A stretch of DNA of 64,000 nucleotides from Antedon mediterranea (GCF_964355755.1 NC_092680.1:9858001-9922000); one strand, 5' to 3'. Positions 11,847-24,639 are shown, counted from the stretch's first letter. Notes: generated from the letters alone by a model not told the origin. Made by a program: numbers and translations.

Positions 11847-14800
11847 TCCCAAATGGTCTAGTGGTTAAGTCACAAGTCACAAGTCACAAATCAGTTTATT
11901 TTGATCCATAAATAAAACAAAAATACAAAGCAAAAAATATACAAAAGGACCATGGAGACTTCCATTAAGGCCAAAAGCCGCATGCATGGAAGCCACATGT
12001 TAAATAATATACAATTCTGTATATAATATAATGTAAAAATTAACAAATCATAAAATTAACAAAATCATATCAAGGTCAGCTACATCCCATCTCTATTACA
12101 TATATAACAATTTTGGATATAACATAAATCATCATATTGTGAAATAAAATTATTTTTTAAATATGAAGAAAAACCTTTCAAAGAATGTGTATAATATACC
12201 TTTTCAGTGATCAAATTAACAGTATTGTTAATTAATAAAGGTAGGCTATACCTAATACACTTCTTTGCAAACTCATGATTGACCATCACAACATGAAAGT
12301 TGTCTTTTATACGTGTGTTATACGAATGTAAAGCTGAATTTAGTTCTAAAGGAAACCTTTGAAAATAATCAGGTAACATATTATTTTAATATTTATAGTA
12401 AAATTTTAATTGGCATAGTTTATGAATATCACTTAAATTTAGAAATCTGAGTTTTTTTAAAAAGAGGTTCTGAATGGGCATTGTATTTACTTTGAGTAAT
12501 AATACGTAAAGCTTTCTTCTGCAATATTGTTACTCTTTTACAAGCATAACCCCAAAGCAGTATACCATAATTTATGTGCGAAACAAAGAGTTATATAAAA
12601 TATTCATAACATTTTCTGGGATAAAGCGCTTAAGTTTATTTAAAATGCCAATAGTTTTGGAAATCTTATTTGAAATATAATCACCATGGCTATTCCAATT
12701 TAGATGTTCATTAATAATTATACCAAGGAAGTTGAAATTATGAACCCGCTGAATCTTAACATTGTCAATTTCTATATCTAACGTATCAACACGACGTTAG
12801 TATACTCATGAAATATCATATACTTCGACTTCAACACATTTAATGATAATTTATTTAATTTAAGCCATTCACTAAATTAATCAAGTTCAATGTTGAGAAT
12901 GTTGTTAATTGGATTACATGTCCTGAGGGTGCTTAAAAGTGTTGTATCGTCTGCATATATTATAGTTTTAAAAATAGTGCTAACGTTTGCGATATCGTTT
13001 ATGTAGGCCCTATATGATAAACAAAAGCGGACCCAGTATTGATCCTTGTGGAACACCTGTAGTTATCTTTAAAATATCAGATTGAGTTCCATTAATGTCC
13101 ACATATTTGTTTACGATTAGTTTAAATAATCCTTCATAAGATTAAGTGAATTCGAGTGAAGGCCATAATGATTCAATTTGTGCAACATTATTTTGTGATC
13201 TAATGTATCAAATGCTTTTGATAGGTCCAAATATATATTAATAGGTATTTCATAATTGTCACGTCCAAGTGTTGAATAACTTTATCTACAAGCTCAAGTG
13301 CAGCAAATTCCGTAGAATGGCCTGACCGAAAACCATATTGGCTGCTTTAAAATAATTTATTTATTTGAAAGTGGAAATATAATTGGTTGTAAATTACTTT
13401 TTACAATTTTGGATATTGCAGGGAGCAACGAGATTGGACGATAATTTGTAAAACAAGAGTTATCACCATTTTTAAACAAAGGTATCTCTAGCTATTTTCA
13501 GTTTATCAGGAAAAATCCCTGTGTTTATCATTTGATTTATAATTATTGTGAGTGGTTTGATTATAATTGATTTAATTGATTTAATTAATTTCGTTGATAA
13601 ACCATCCCAACCACAACTTGACTTTGATTTTAATTTATCTATAATTTCCAAAACTGTATCTTCATTTACATTTTCAAAATTAAAGTTATTTGTTTTATTT
13701 GAGAGAAAATGTTCAAAAGATTTGTTACAGCTGTCAGTATTGATTTTATTTGCAAGGTTTGGGCCAATATTTGTGAAATATAAATTAAATTTAAATTTAT
13801 TTGCTATTTCTAATTGATTTGTTATTGATCGATCATCATCTTTAAATAATTCAGGAAACTGTCTACAATTTTTTGTTTTATTTAGAACATAATTTATGGT
13901 TGACCAGGTTTTACGAATGTCATCTTTACATTTGGAGAAGCATGATTCATAATACATTTTTTTAGCTGTCCTAATGTTACTTTTAAGAATGTTGTTATAT
14001 GTTTTAAGATTTATTTTTAATGTATCATGCTCATTTGATGTTTTTGGTGTTCTTTTTAATTTTAGGTGTAGTTTATCCCTAAACTTTATAGATTTGATTG
14101 TTCCACTAGTAATCCAATTTGATTTTTTGTGTCTATGTTTATTAAATTTTACAATTTTATAAGGCATACATTTATTTTTAGCAGTCATTATAAGATTATT
14201 CATGATTTCATTATAATTTCTGTTGGGGTTTGAAGCAGGGTCATGATATATATTTGAATGTATGTCAGAGTTTTCTATTTCATTAACAAATTTGATGATG
14301 TCACTAGGATTATAACTTTTAACATGGTGGACAGGATTTGCTTTTTTGAGAGATGTATTTAGTATATCAAGACATAGAAAATAAGGTTGATGGTCACTGA
14401 ATTTCTTAATCATAATACCGGAATTAGCACTATTTGATGATTGATTTAATCTACAGAAAAAGTTATCGATCAGAGTTCCACTTCGGTTTGAAAATCTAGT
14501 TGGCAGTGTGATATAGGGGAAATAACTGAAACTTGTAAGTGTATCAAAAAAATTACTAAAACATTCTTTTTCATTTATTTTAAGTAGATTAATGTTTGTG
14601 TCTCCAGTTATAATAATCTCTTGATTGAGTTTGTCAAAACGTGTAAGTTCAGGGACCAGCTCCTGTATAAACTTATTGTAATTTTCATTTACCAAGGAGT
14701 ATGTTTTTCACCAGGTTATTCCCTGTTATTTGAAGAAATTGACCTTCCCATTCAGTAGAATGAACAACACTTGATTTCACAGTGTAATTAAAATCTTTAT

Positions 14801-15685
14801 GTAGGTATATAATCAAACCTCCTTTTGGGCTACAAGATTTACCCTGTGAAATACACACATAATTATCAAGTTCAATTTGTGAAGTATCGGCACAGTCACT
14901 CGACCATGTATTTGTATACAAATAGCAGAAAAATAAAATTGTTTAGTTGCTAAATCATTTTAAAATACAACTAATTCATTGAATTTAGCATGTATTGATT
15001 GGATATTCGTACTAAGTATACAGAAATTGTTTTTTCTTAACTCAAGAAAATTCAACATAGAATCACAATCATAATATGGAGAGTGTTTAAGTAACTGAAC
15101 TGGATTATCACTAAAATCATTTTCATCAAGACATAGAATGTTTTGTAGAGAGTTACCGTCTACACCACCATAGTTTTGCAATATTGAGTTATCAAGTGTA
15201 GTCACCATTAAAATGTATAATACTTAAATATATTGCCGTTATACCAAAATACATAACTATGCTTGGGCCTAAATAATCAAGTAGTACATTTCTGAAAGGC
15301 ATAACAAAAAAAAGGTGAAACATAAGAAAAGACTTGTAAAAACAAAATAAATTTGCCAACTTGTATCGCCTTATTTAAAGGTCAACCAGCTCATACTGTT
15401 AGTTATATAATGTCATTGTTATTAATTTATAGTTCAAGCTTTTAAATCGTTTAGGTTCCGAGATAGATCTAGTTGATTACTGATGGTAAGTTTTTTCAAG
15501 CCGTTGGTAAGAATAAAGATCTTGCCGTTCAAGTGTCCATGTAGATTTAATGAACTTCGCATATTTGGTTTTTATGACTCGTAATAGCTCCGAGCGTTTC
15601 AGGGTCAGATTCTCATGTATGTAGTACAGTATTAGGATTCGGCGCTCTCACCGCCGCGGCCCGGGTTCGATTCCCGGTGTGGGAA
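11847..15685 (+). pseudogene. tRNA-Glu(CTC) gene split by a 3.76-kb LINE (5' part 11847-11867, 3' part 15632-15685)
   Basis: TCCCAAATGGTCTAGTGGTTA ... TTAGGATTCGGCGCTCTCACCGCCGCGGCCCGGGTTCGATTCCCGGTGTGGGAA; uninterrupted counterpart at 23192. Confidence 0.85.
11868..15631 (-). mobile_element. L2/Crack-like LINE, degraded, 5'-truncated within ORF1
   Basis: ORF2 fragments 14960-15208 (STNIQSI), 14685-14921, 13472-14695 (GDTN, IDNFF, SDHQP), RT motifs GVPQGSILGP and IYADDT ~12950-13060, C-terminus 12080-12379; (TGACTTG)n tail at 11868-11890. Confidence 0.88.
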
Positions 15686-15801
15686 ATTATTTTGTTCCTT
15701 GTCTATTAGATTTTGTTTGAAATAAACAAGAATGAATACGTTATACTAAGACTGTAAAATTCATTATCAATTGAAAACAACGGAAAATGGAAATAAAATG
15801 T

Positions 15802-15888
15802 TCCCTCCAGCCGGATTTGAACCAGCGACCTAAGGATACCAATAATTAGCTCTACAGTCCTCCGCTCTACCAACTGAGCTATCGAGGG
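15802..15888 (-). tRNA. trnY: tRNA-Tyr(GTA) with 14-nt intron; one acceptor-stem mismatch
   Basis: CCCTCGATAGCTCAGTTGGTAGAGCGGAGGACTGTAG-intron-ATCCTTAGGTCGCTGGTTCAAATCCGGCTGGAGGGA; TTTT terminator downstream. Confidence 0.85.
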
Positions 15889-15892
15889 TACA

Positions 15893-16110
15893 CATTGGTA
15901 AACATGTTGAATACCTAAGCAAATTATTGGTAAACATGTTGAATACCTAAGCACCTATTGGTAAACATGTTGAATACCTAAGCACATTATTGGTAAACAT
16001 GTTGAAAACCTATAAAGCACATTATTGGTAAACATGTTGAATACCTAAGCACATATTGGTAAACATGTTTAATACCTAAACACATTATTGGTAAACATGT
16101 TGAATACCTA
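15893..16110. repeat. Minisatellite, ~29-33-bp unit TTGGTAAACATGTTGAATACCTAAGCACA(TTA), ~7 copies
   Basis: Direct tandem repeats immediately upstream of tRNA-Tyr. Confidence 0.9.
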
Positions 16111-16163
16111 ATTTTAAAGATATATGAGTTTTTCAATCAAAGGTAAACAATTAAACAAAAACC

Positions 16164-16236
16164 AGGTTCCGCCCGGGCTCGAACCAAGGACCTTCTGCGT
16201 GTAAAGCAGACGTGATAACCACTACACCACGAAACC
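16164..16236 (-). tRNA. trnV: tRNA-Val(TAC)
   Basis: GGTTTCGTGGTGTAGTGGTTATCACGTCTGCTTTACACGCAGAAGGTCCTTGGTTCGAGCCCGGGCGGAACC; cloverleaf with two G-U pairs in T stem; atypical T discriminator. Confidence 0.75.
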
Positions 16237-16416
16237 ATTTACAAGAACAGTGTTGGTTACACAAAGTTTTTCAATCCATTTAAATGACAAATAAACATGT
16301 GTAAAAGTGATAATCACCGATTCTACAAAATAAGTAGGCCTATTAAAAAAAATAAGATATACTGTATAATCATATTGCATATATAGTACTTTTCACGGTA
16401 AAGTTTAAAAAAAATA

Positions 16417-16477
16417 GGTTTCGCCCGGGCTCCTTCTGCGTGTTAAGCAGACGTGATAACCACTACACTACGAAGCC
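16417..16477 (-). pseudogene. tRNA-Val(AAC) pseudogene, T-arm deletion
   Basis: GGCTTCGTAGTGTAGTGGTTATCACGTCTGCTTAACACGCAGAAGG-AGCCCGGGCGAAACC lacks the GGTTCG B-box. Confidence 0.8.
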
Positions 16478-17475
16478 GCTTCTTATAACATAACGCTGTG
16501 GGGAAACATAGTTCTGGTTTTTTAATTAAAAACATTTATTTATTTCTTACAAAAAACGCTGCTCGACATTTTGAAATTAATCATTGTTCTTTCTTCAGAT
16601 ATATTTATGATTGATTATTAAAAAGATGTCTTTTAATCGCAAAAATACATACAAATCAAAGATATAATAATACGGCGTTATAACGCCCTAATACGGCGTT
16701 ATAACACCCTAATTACGGCGTTATAACGCCGTATTATTATAAAATAATTGTTTTCTTTGGCGGAAATCAGCCACCGTACATATGCCCATTTAAAATGGTC
16801 AACTTTGAACTTTAATGTGCTGTGTGTGTTTGACCTGTAACTGAATACTCTCTAGAGACAACGTGACTTCACAAAAATTCAACGCTCAGTCGCCTGAGCT
16901 AACTGGTCATTTTGGTTTTAACAATGTTAACATGATATTTATGACGTAAAGATGAATTACGTAATACACGTATAAATAGACTATTATCAGCTGTTCAGTC
17001 ATGTACTACTTTGTGGCGTAACGGGTAATGCTCAGGTTTAAGTGCTCTCACTGTTGGGTTCGTTCCTCTACTGATATTTTTTTTTTTTTTGGAATTGAAA
17101 ATAAATATTGTTTTTCTTTGATTTTGAAAGTAAGATATTTTGAGAGTTGTAAATGTTAGGCCTAAACAAGTGGACCTTTTTTAATATCAGAAACAAAGTT
17201 GCACAAAGGAACCATCTTCGAGACGTCATATGGCTGCATAAGGTTTGAAATTAAAATATCAAGCTCTATAGCTCTATAGGTGAGGGCGGTGTGTATTTCT
17301 CTAAGGAGACGTTTAGCTAACTAGCTCTTCAACGCCTTTCGTTAAAATATCGGATTTTGCTAGAATTTTGCTTTAAAAAGGATATATACAAGGTGCATTA
17401 CCCTCAAAGAAAGCCTAAGGTAAAAAAGCATATGATTTTTTAGTAATTAATAGCCGGAATCAATACTTGTAAAAG

Positions 17476-18546
17476 ATGACGACTACGATAGCCGGTTCGG
17501 ATGTCCCGCGAAAAGATCATGTGACCCAAGACGCGGGTACGAAACTGGGCTACAATAAAGTGAAACCAGTGTTTATGAAAGTAGATGAAGTTAACATGAC
17601 AGGAGATTCTTTTGTAGAAACCCAAGATATTTACAAGGCTATACTGAAATCAGTGAAAAGCCAAAATATTGTTGGTATACAGCGTATCAAAAATCTATGG
17701 AGGATTTATATAGGAACACATCAAGATAGGGTTTGTTTAATAACAGCTGGGTTAAACCTAAGAGGTAGAAATGTTACCATTTATGATAGGAACCCATATC
17801 TGCCATACGACACAGATGCTACTCGCATTATTGTTAAAGATCTGCCTTTATCTGTATCAGATGAAGAAATTAAAACAAGCCTTCTACGTTTTAATTGCAA
17901 AATACTGGGATCTATACAACGGATGAAACTGAGAGTTGACGGGCAATTAACAAATTGTTTAAATGGAGACCGGGTACTATACGCTGAAACCCTTAAAACA
18001 CCTTTGCCAAGGTTTGTAAGCGTTTTAAATTTTAAAACGAGAATGTTTCACGATGGTCAAATAGATGACAGAATTAAGTGCTCGAAATGCCTTAAAAATG
18101 GTCATAGTGCGAAAACATGTTCCAATAAGCTTGTCTGTCACGCCTGTGGTTTGGAGGGTCATAAAAAGGACCAATGTGGTGCATAAAAGCTGTTACACAA
18201 TGATTCGGGTGAAATTCTCATCCAAGAAATGTGGGAACGTGTCATAGAAAAAAAGGCTCTCGACACCGATAAGCCAGCTAAAGATAAAGATGAATCATTA
18301 TCAGAGGAAAGTGAGGAGAGTGACGAAGATGACTATGAGGAAAGCGAGCCAACAAAGGAGAAACAAAAGAAACAAGGAAAGATAACAACTTTTATGAATG
18401 CTCCAGCTAGCTCCAGCGTAGGCCTTCAAGTGGCTAAACAGAAAGAAAATAACAAGAAAGAAGAGGAACAAGCTGAGCCCGAAATCTCACCCTCGATGCC
18501 GGGAACGAAAAGAAGACGCAAAGCAAGTAAAAGTAAGAATGACTGA
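17476..18546 (+). pseudogene. Tx1 ORF1 (RRM-like region + 2 CCHC knuckles + acidic/basic tail) with one in-frame TAA at 18184-18186
   Basis: ORFs 17476-18186 and 18229-18546 are in the same frame; CSKCLKNGHSAKTC, CHACGLEGHKKDQC. Confidence 0.85.
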
Positions 18547-18760
18547 CAAAAGAAATAATTTTGTAGACACACCAATCTAAAAAGTGTATAATAGTAAAGA
18601 TGATAATACATATTACAGATACCAACAACCATTTTGTAGGCTATGTATTCTAAGCACCGCATGTATGTGTACGTGTATGTGTATACTATACTTTATATAT
18701 AGACAAATAAGTTAGCTGTTTGGTGTATACAACTTAATTAATTTATAAGCTTACATATAG

Positions 18761-21700
18761 ATGAATAAAGCAAGCATTAATTGCGTCTCTATAAACGTAA
18801 GAGGCTTACGTAGCATAGATAAACAAAGGCAGATACATAGTTGGTGTCAAGACCAAAAGGCTGACATTGTACTTATACAAGAAACACACCTTACACCTGA
18901 CTTATTTGACAAATTTAATTTAGTTTGGAACAGTACATGCATACATAGCACTGGCTTTTCAAACAGTGCAGGGGTATCAATAATATTCTTAAATGAATTC
19001 AATTTTAAGATTACTAACGAATGTATCGATAAAAATGGAAGATATATAATTCTAAATGTTGAAATTAATGGTAAAATGCATGTTTTTGTAAACGTATATG
19101 CTCCTAACAATTATAAAGTAAGAAGCTCATATTTCAGAAAGTTAAATGAGACCATTTTGGATATTGTTGACTTAAACAACGATATAATTATTATCGGCGG
19201 GGACTTCAATTGTATTTTGGACAGAAAATGGGACCAAAAGAACAGTAAAGACAGAAAAGATAAATCTGTTTTTACACTTAAAAATTTTATTAAAAAACTT
19301 AATTTAAAAGATGCCTGGAGAAATAAAAATCCAGAAAAATTACAATATACCTGGCGTAGAAAATCTAAGCAAATTTACAGACGGCTTGATTACTGGTTGA
19401 CTTCTAAACAAATTCTTGATCACGATGACATAATATCATGTGATATAAGACCAGCTATCTTGACAGATCATCAAGCAATTTCAATTAAAATCAGTTTTGA
19501 TGAGTCCAAAAGAGGCCCAGGTTATTGGAAATTTAATAACAACCTATTGCAAAATACTGATTACCAAAACTATATTACAAATGTAATTAAAAAAACCCAA
19601 ACCAATGAAAATAAAAAATCAATAAAGAAAAAAAAATAAAAAAAGTAAAACTAGAAAAAGAAATAAAAAAACTAAATGATTCTTTATTAAAAAATGATTG
19701 TACTGCCAATGAGAGCATAGAAGCAAAAATTGCAAAAAAAAAACAAAAAAGCTGGAAAATATTTATGATAATGAAACAAAAGGTGCATATATACGTTCTA
19801 GAGTAAAATGGATCGAAGAGGGCGAACGTAGCACTAAATATTTTCTTAGTCTGGAAAAAAATAAGGGAAAAAAAACCAAATCAAATGTTTACAAAACGAG
19901 AAGGGTAGAGTACTAACGAAGACAAAGGAAATCCTTTGTGAGGAAGTTAGATTTTATAGGCATCTATATGCAAATAAGGGTATACCCCTTAAAAAAATAA
20001 ACACTTACCTAGATAAATCAAATGTAACGAGTTTAATTGAAGAAGAAAAGGGGATATGTGAAGGTAGTGTCACAATAAATGAATGTACCAATGCAATTAA
20101 AAAAATGAAATTAAATAAAACTCCCGGATGTGATGGCTTGACCGTTGAGTTTTATTTACATCTCTGGGATGACATTAAACACATTGTTTGTGACGCTCTA
20201 AATGCATGTTATTTTAACAATGAAATGAGTTCTACACAGAAACGTGGTATTATAAGCCTATTATACAAAAAAGGTGATAAAAAATTGCTTGAAAACTGGC
20301 GTCCTATCACTTTATTAAATACAGACTACAAAATTTTAACTCAAATTCTATGTATGAGACTTCATAAAGTAATTGAAAATGTAGTTGACAATGACCAAAA
20401 GGGGTACATTAAAGGACGATTCGCTGGAGAAAACGTCCGTCTAATTAATGATATTCTGTATTATATAGCAGAAGAACAAATCGAAGGAGCTATTCTATCC
20501 CTTGATTTTAGAAAAGCATTTGATTCTGTAAATAGAGATTTTATGTTTAAGGTACTAAAAAAATTTAATTTTGGAGAATCCTTTTTAAAATGGGTAAATA
20601 CAATTTATAGTAAATCTGAATGTGTTATTGTTAATAATGGTTGGATATCAGAAAGTTTTGAAATGGAATGCGGAATAAGACAGGGTTGCCCATTGTCGGC
20701 GTTACTCTTTATTTTAGTAGTAGAAATTATGGCGTGTAATATAAGAAAAGATAAATGCTATAAAGGAATATCTTTACCTAACAATGATAATGGTGAGGAA
20801 GTTCGCATTGCGCAGCTGGCAGATGACACTGTACTCTTTGTGGGAAATGAAAAAAGTATAGAGATTGGTTTAAACATTGTTAATAAGTTTGGTAAAGTGT
20901 CTGGTATGACTTTAAATAAAAAAAAAACCAACGCTATATGGATTGGCAAAAATGTAAACAAAATTCAAAAACCATGCAGTCTAAATTGGGTTAATGAACC
21001 AATTAAGATGTTGGGTATTTATGTGGGATATAATGAGAACAAATGCAGTGAATTAAATTGGGATAGTAAGGTGGCAAACTTAGAAATGCTACTCAATAGA
21101 TGGAAAGGAAGAAACCTAACCTTTTTTGGCAAAGTTACCATTTTAAAAAGTTTAGCTTTGTCTAAACTAACATACAATGCATGTATAATTGATGTACCAG
21201 ATGATGTTATTTTTAAAATAAATAAATTGATATATAACTTTTTATGGAATGGAAAAACAGAAAAAATAAAAAGAAAAACTTTAATCGGTAAGATGATTAA
21301 AGGGGGCATAGGTATGCCTGATTTCGCATTACATATAAACTCTCTGAAAATGATATGGGCAAGAAAATTACCGTGTAGAAAACACGTAAGATGGAAAATC
21401 TTACCACTATACTATTTTAACAAATTTGGAACCGAACAACTAATTTTAAGTATGTCAAATATCAATTTTCAAAATAACATGGGCTTAGATAATATACCAT
21501 CTTTTTATTATAATGTTCTAAAGTGTTGTGTTGAATTTAATAATATGAATAATGAAGGTACAATTAACGAGTATGAAGAAGTGATAAAGCAAAACTTATG
21601 GGGTAATAATGATATTAAATATAGAAACAAACCACTATTCTTTAAGAACTGGATAGATACAGGTTTTAATCAAATTGGAGATATAATTATTTTCAATCGT

Positions 21701-22411
21701 CTAATGAAACCTATAGAAATAATTAAACAATTACGTATTAAGAAAAACTGGATAGCTGAATACGTTTCTCTAACCAGAGCTATTCCAAAAGAGTGGTTAA
21801 GTATAATTAAACATAATATGCCAAATATGAACCAATATATGAATGTGAATCTGGAATACAATATCAACAATATAATTAAGATGACAACAAAAGATGTTTA
21901 TTCTAACTTTGTTAATAATGTTTTTATTCCCCCGAAAAGCATACTTAAATGGAATAACATATTTAATGAAGATATCAAGTGGTGTGATGTCTGGAAAAGA
22001 AAAGTGAAAAACGAAAAAATTAAGAAATTTGCCCAATTGAATTACAAATTACTAAATAGAGTTGTACCTACAAATCTAAAACTGTATAACTGGAAACTGA
22101 AAAATAATAACATATGTAACAATTGTGGAGTCATTGAAGACGAAAAACATATGTTTTATTATTGTAGACGTAATCAAATACTATGGGAAAAAATTGACAA
22201 TATATTTAAAAAGCTAGATAACAGCAGTAGCTCGTTCAAAGAACTCCTGTTAGGAAGTAAATGTCAATTAAAAAACCAATTGTATTCAATAGCTGTGTAC
22301 GTCATATACATAATTAAAATTAAAACTGAACTTAAAAAACCTGTATGCCAGAATCCCTGGATTCAGTTTAAATATATTTTAAAAGATATGAATACACTAG
22401 GCATGTTGTAA
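18761..22411 (+). pseudogene. Tx1 ORF2 (APE-RT-zinc finger), disrupted in A-rich linker ~19620-19880
   Basis: SINVRGL, LIQETH, NVYAPN, GGDFN, RLDYWL, TDH, GPGYWKFNN; RT NWRPITLLN, DFRKAFD, RQGCPLS, LADDT; C-terminal CNNC..EDEKHMFYYC. Confidence 0.9.
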
Positions 22412-22973
22412 CTTATAAGTGGCATCCATTTTTGTATTTTAAGATGTACAGTTTTTGTATGCATATAATCAAACCACTATATGTATAAAGGTTAAAAGAG
22501 TAAAAATCAGAAAATAACGAAAAAAGTAGAAAACAGAAATTTAATGTATGGAAATGAAATGTGAACGAAATTTGTATGAAAGAATGAATAAAGGTGGTGG
22601 TTAACCACAAAAGAGAGAAAAAAAAAGCTCTATAGCTTTGAGGAAATGTCCCTGTAGTATACGGATGCCATTTCCCAGCTCAATACTACAACGAATATAG
22701 GAGGAGTAGTACTTTATAAATCGTACTATTTTCGATTGGTACCATGTTTATGACGTCATAATTCTGCATCCAGTTGAATTACGAAAATGTTCTCTTTATA
22801 TCTCTGTTCATCTATTAGGCTAGTATATGCATTCCATGTTTCAGAGCCGTAAGACGACGCGTAAAGAACTAGTAGAACTTGAAAGTTGGCTCAATAGTGT
22901 CCAGATGGAAGCGGAGAAGAAGATGAGTGAGTACTAGATCGACTCGGGTACACCAAACCCCGAGTAAAAATCT

Positions 22974-23061
22974 TCCCTCTAGCCGGATTGGAACCAGCGA
23001 CCTAAGGATATCAATTAATTAAGTCTACAGTCCTCCGCTGTACCAACTGAGCTATTGAGGG
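22974..23061 (-). pseudogene. tRNA-Tyr(GTA) degenerate copy with 15-nt intron
   Basis: Tyr sequence with mismatches in acceptor stem, D stem (TACAGC) and T loop (TTCCAAT). Confidence 0.75.
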
Positions 23062-23191
23062 TGGTGTGTCTCTCTCGTTGTAGCCTATTATGGAGTGTTT
23101 GTTTCAATAAAATGTACTAATAATGAACCGTGTTCCATTGTTAAACACGAATACCAATATGAGTGCTTAAATTTAAGGCTTTCTCAAGTTT

Positions 23192-23263
23192 TCCCATATG
23201 GTCTAGTGGTTAGGATTTGGCGTTTTCACCGCCACGGCCCAGGTTCGATTCCCGGTGTGGGAA
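23192..23263 (+). tRNA. trnE: tRNA-Glu(TTC), one T-stem mismatch
   Basis: TCCCATATGGTCTAGTGGTTAGGATTTGGCGTTTTCACCGCCACGGCCCAGGTTCGATTCCCGGTGTGGGAA; TTTTT downstream. Confidence 0.8.
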
Positions 23264-23391
23264 ATTATTTTATTCCATGGTCTATTAGACTTTGTTTGAA
23301 ATAAACAAGAATGGATACGTTATACTAAGACTGTAAAATCTTTTTAAAATTCATTGTCAATTGAAAACAACGGAAAATGGAAATAAAATGT

Positions 23392-23478
23392 TCCCTCGAG
23401 CCGGATTTGAACCAGCGACCTAAGGATACCAATAATTAGCTCTACAGTCCTCCGCTCTACCAACTGAGCTATCGAGGG
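23392..23478 (-). tRNA. trnY: tRNA-Tyr(GTA) with 14-nt intron, intact
   Basis: Perfect acceptor stem CCCTCGA/TCGAGGG, canonical A and B boxes, intron AGCTAATTATTGGT region after anticodon, TTTT terminator. Confidence 0.93.
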
Positions 23479-23482
23479 TACA

Positions 23483-23730
23483 CATTGGTAAATATGTTGC
23501 ATACCTAAGCAAATTATTGGTAAACATGTTGAATACCTAAGCACATATTGGTAAACATGTTGAATACCTAAGCACATTATTGGTAAACATGTTGAAAACC
23601 TAAGTACATTATTGGTAAACATGTTGAATACCTAAGCACATTATTGGTAAACCTGTTGAATACCTAAGCACATATTGGTAAACATGTTTAATACCTAAAC
23701 ACATTATTGGTAAACATGTTGAATACTTAA
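23483..23730. repeat. Minisatellite (same unit as 15893-16110), ~8 copies
   Basis: TTGGTAAACATGTTGAATACCTAAGCACA tandem array. Confidence 0.9.
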
Positions 23731-23782
23731 TTTTAAAGATATATGAGTTTTTCAATCAAAAATAAACAATTACACAGAAACT

Positions 23783-23855
23783 AGGTTCCGCCCGGGCTCG
23801 AACCGAGGACCTTCTGCGTGTAAAGCAGACGTGATAACCACTACACCACGAAACC
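23783..23855 (-). tRNA. trnV: tRNA-Val(TAC)
   Basis: GGTTTCGTGGTGTAGTGGTTATCACGTCTGCTTTACACGCAGAAGGTCCTCGGTTCGAGCCCGGGCGGAACC; full cloverleaf; atypical T discriminator. Confidence 0.82.
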
Positions 23856-24639
23856 ATTTACAAGAACAATGTTGGTTACACAAAGTTTTTCAATCCATTT
23901 AAATGACAAATAAACATGTGTAAAAAGTGATAATCTACTTTACAATTTTTTTTTTAGTTTGAGAGAGTTTATTAATTAGAGGGTTAGGTTTTCAATATTT
24001 ATGTTTTATTACTTATGTTTTTATCAAGAAAATATCATAGTTGATAAAACTAAGCCATCAGACAGATAGATGCACTATAATTAGACTAATAACGAAGTCA
24101 CATACATGACCAAAATATGTGAGTACAGACACTATCCCAACATCTCCAAACATCAAAATCAGTAGGTGAGAGGATGCATTCCCCGTATGGGTAATGCATC
24201 ATTTCACCACCAGAATCCTTCATCAACAACAGTCATCCTCCAAGCACAAGAGGAACATAACACAAAATTATGTGCAACATCAAAACAGTTCAAGACATGT
24301 ACACCAGTGCATTGAAATCCCTCCATCATGCCTTCAACAAACACTGCATGTTAGCAAAAGTAATTTTACCTGGTCATTTTCATCTTTTAATTATTGTGCA
24401 GCGGTACAACATCTATAAATATACGGGGTAGCCCCTTTCATCTGGCCAGATATAAACACTGATGGAGGAGGACGGACAGAAAGTATATCAACATTTGTAT
24501 CCGCAATTGATATTCAGATTACTATAACGATAGTGACGTGATTATGTATGCATCATTACTATGTATTAATATGGCGGTAGAAATCGCAAAGATAGCTTAC
24601 CTATTTCCTAAATTAACTGTCTCAATACCTTTCATAATA

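Larger units (their letters stand above)
17280..22626 (+). mobile_element. Tx1-clade (L1 group) LINE, apparently full length, inactivated
   Basis: TSD GCTCTATAG (17271-17279 / 22627-22635), 5'UTR, ORF1, ORF2, AATAAA, GTGGTTAACCAC hairpin, poly(A). Confidence 0.92.
17164..22716. mobile_element. Short non-autonomous (Helentron/HINE-like) element hosting the Tx1 insertion
   Basis: Absent from the sister tRNA unit; starts AAACAAG, AATATCAAGCTCTATAGCT core, terminal ACTAC..GTAGT hairpin at ~22685-22710. Confidence 0.4.
10350..23935. repeat. Tandemly duplicated ~2.2-kb tRNA cluster unit (two copies, each interrupted by a LINE)
   Basis: 10350-11630 matches 16365-17165; 15632-16310 matches 23205-23935; same gene order Val-pseudo, Ile-like, Tyr, Glu, Tyr, minisatellite, Val-TAC. 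Confidence 0.85.

Noticed and set aside
15706-15954. ORFs overlapping tRNA-Tyr (also 23095-23304, 23344-23622)
   Set aside because: Chance translations of tRNA genes and minisatellite.
15893-16110. CRISPR-like appearance of ~30-bp repeats (also 23483-23730 and the CCAAAATACG arrays)
   Set aside because: Head-to-tail repeats without unique spacers, no cas genes, eukaryotic context.
18184-18186. In-frame TAA in Tx1 ORF1 as programmed readthrough
   Set aside because: The element has other inactivating lesions in ORF2, so a simple nonsense mutation is more parsimonious.
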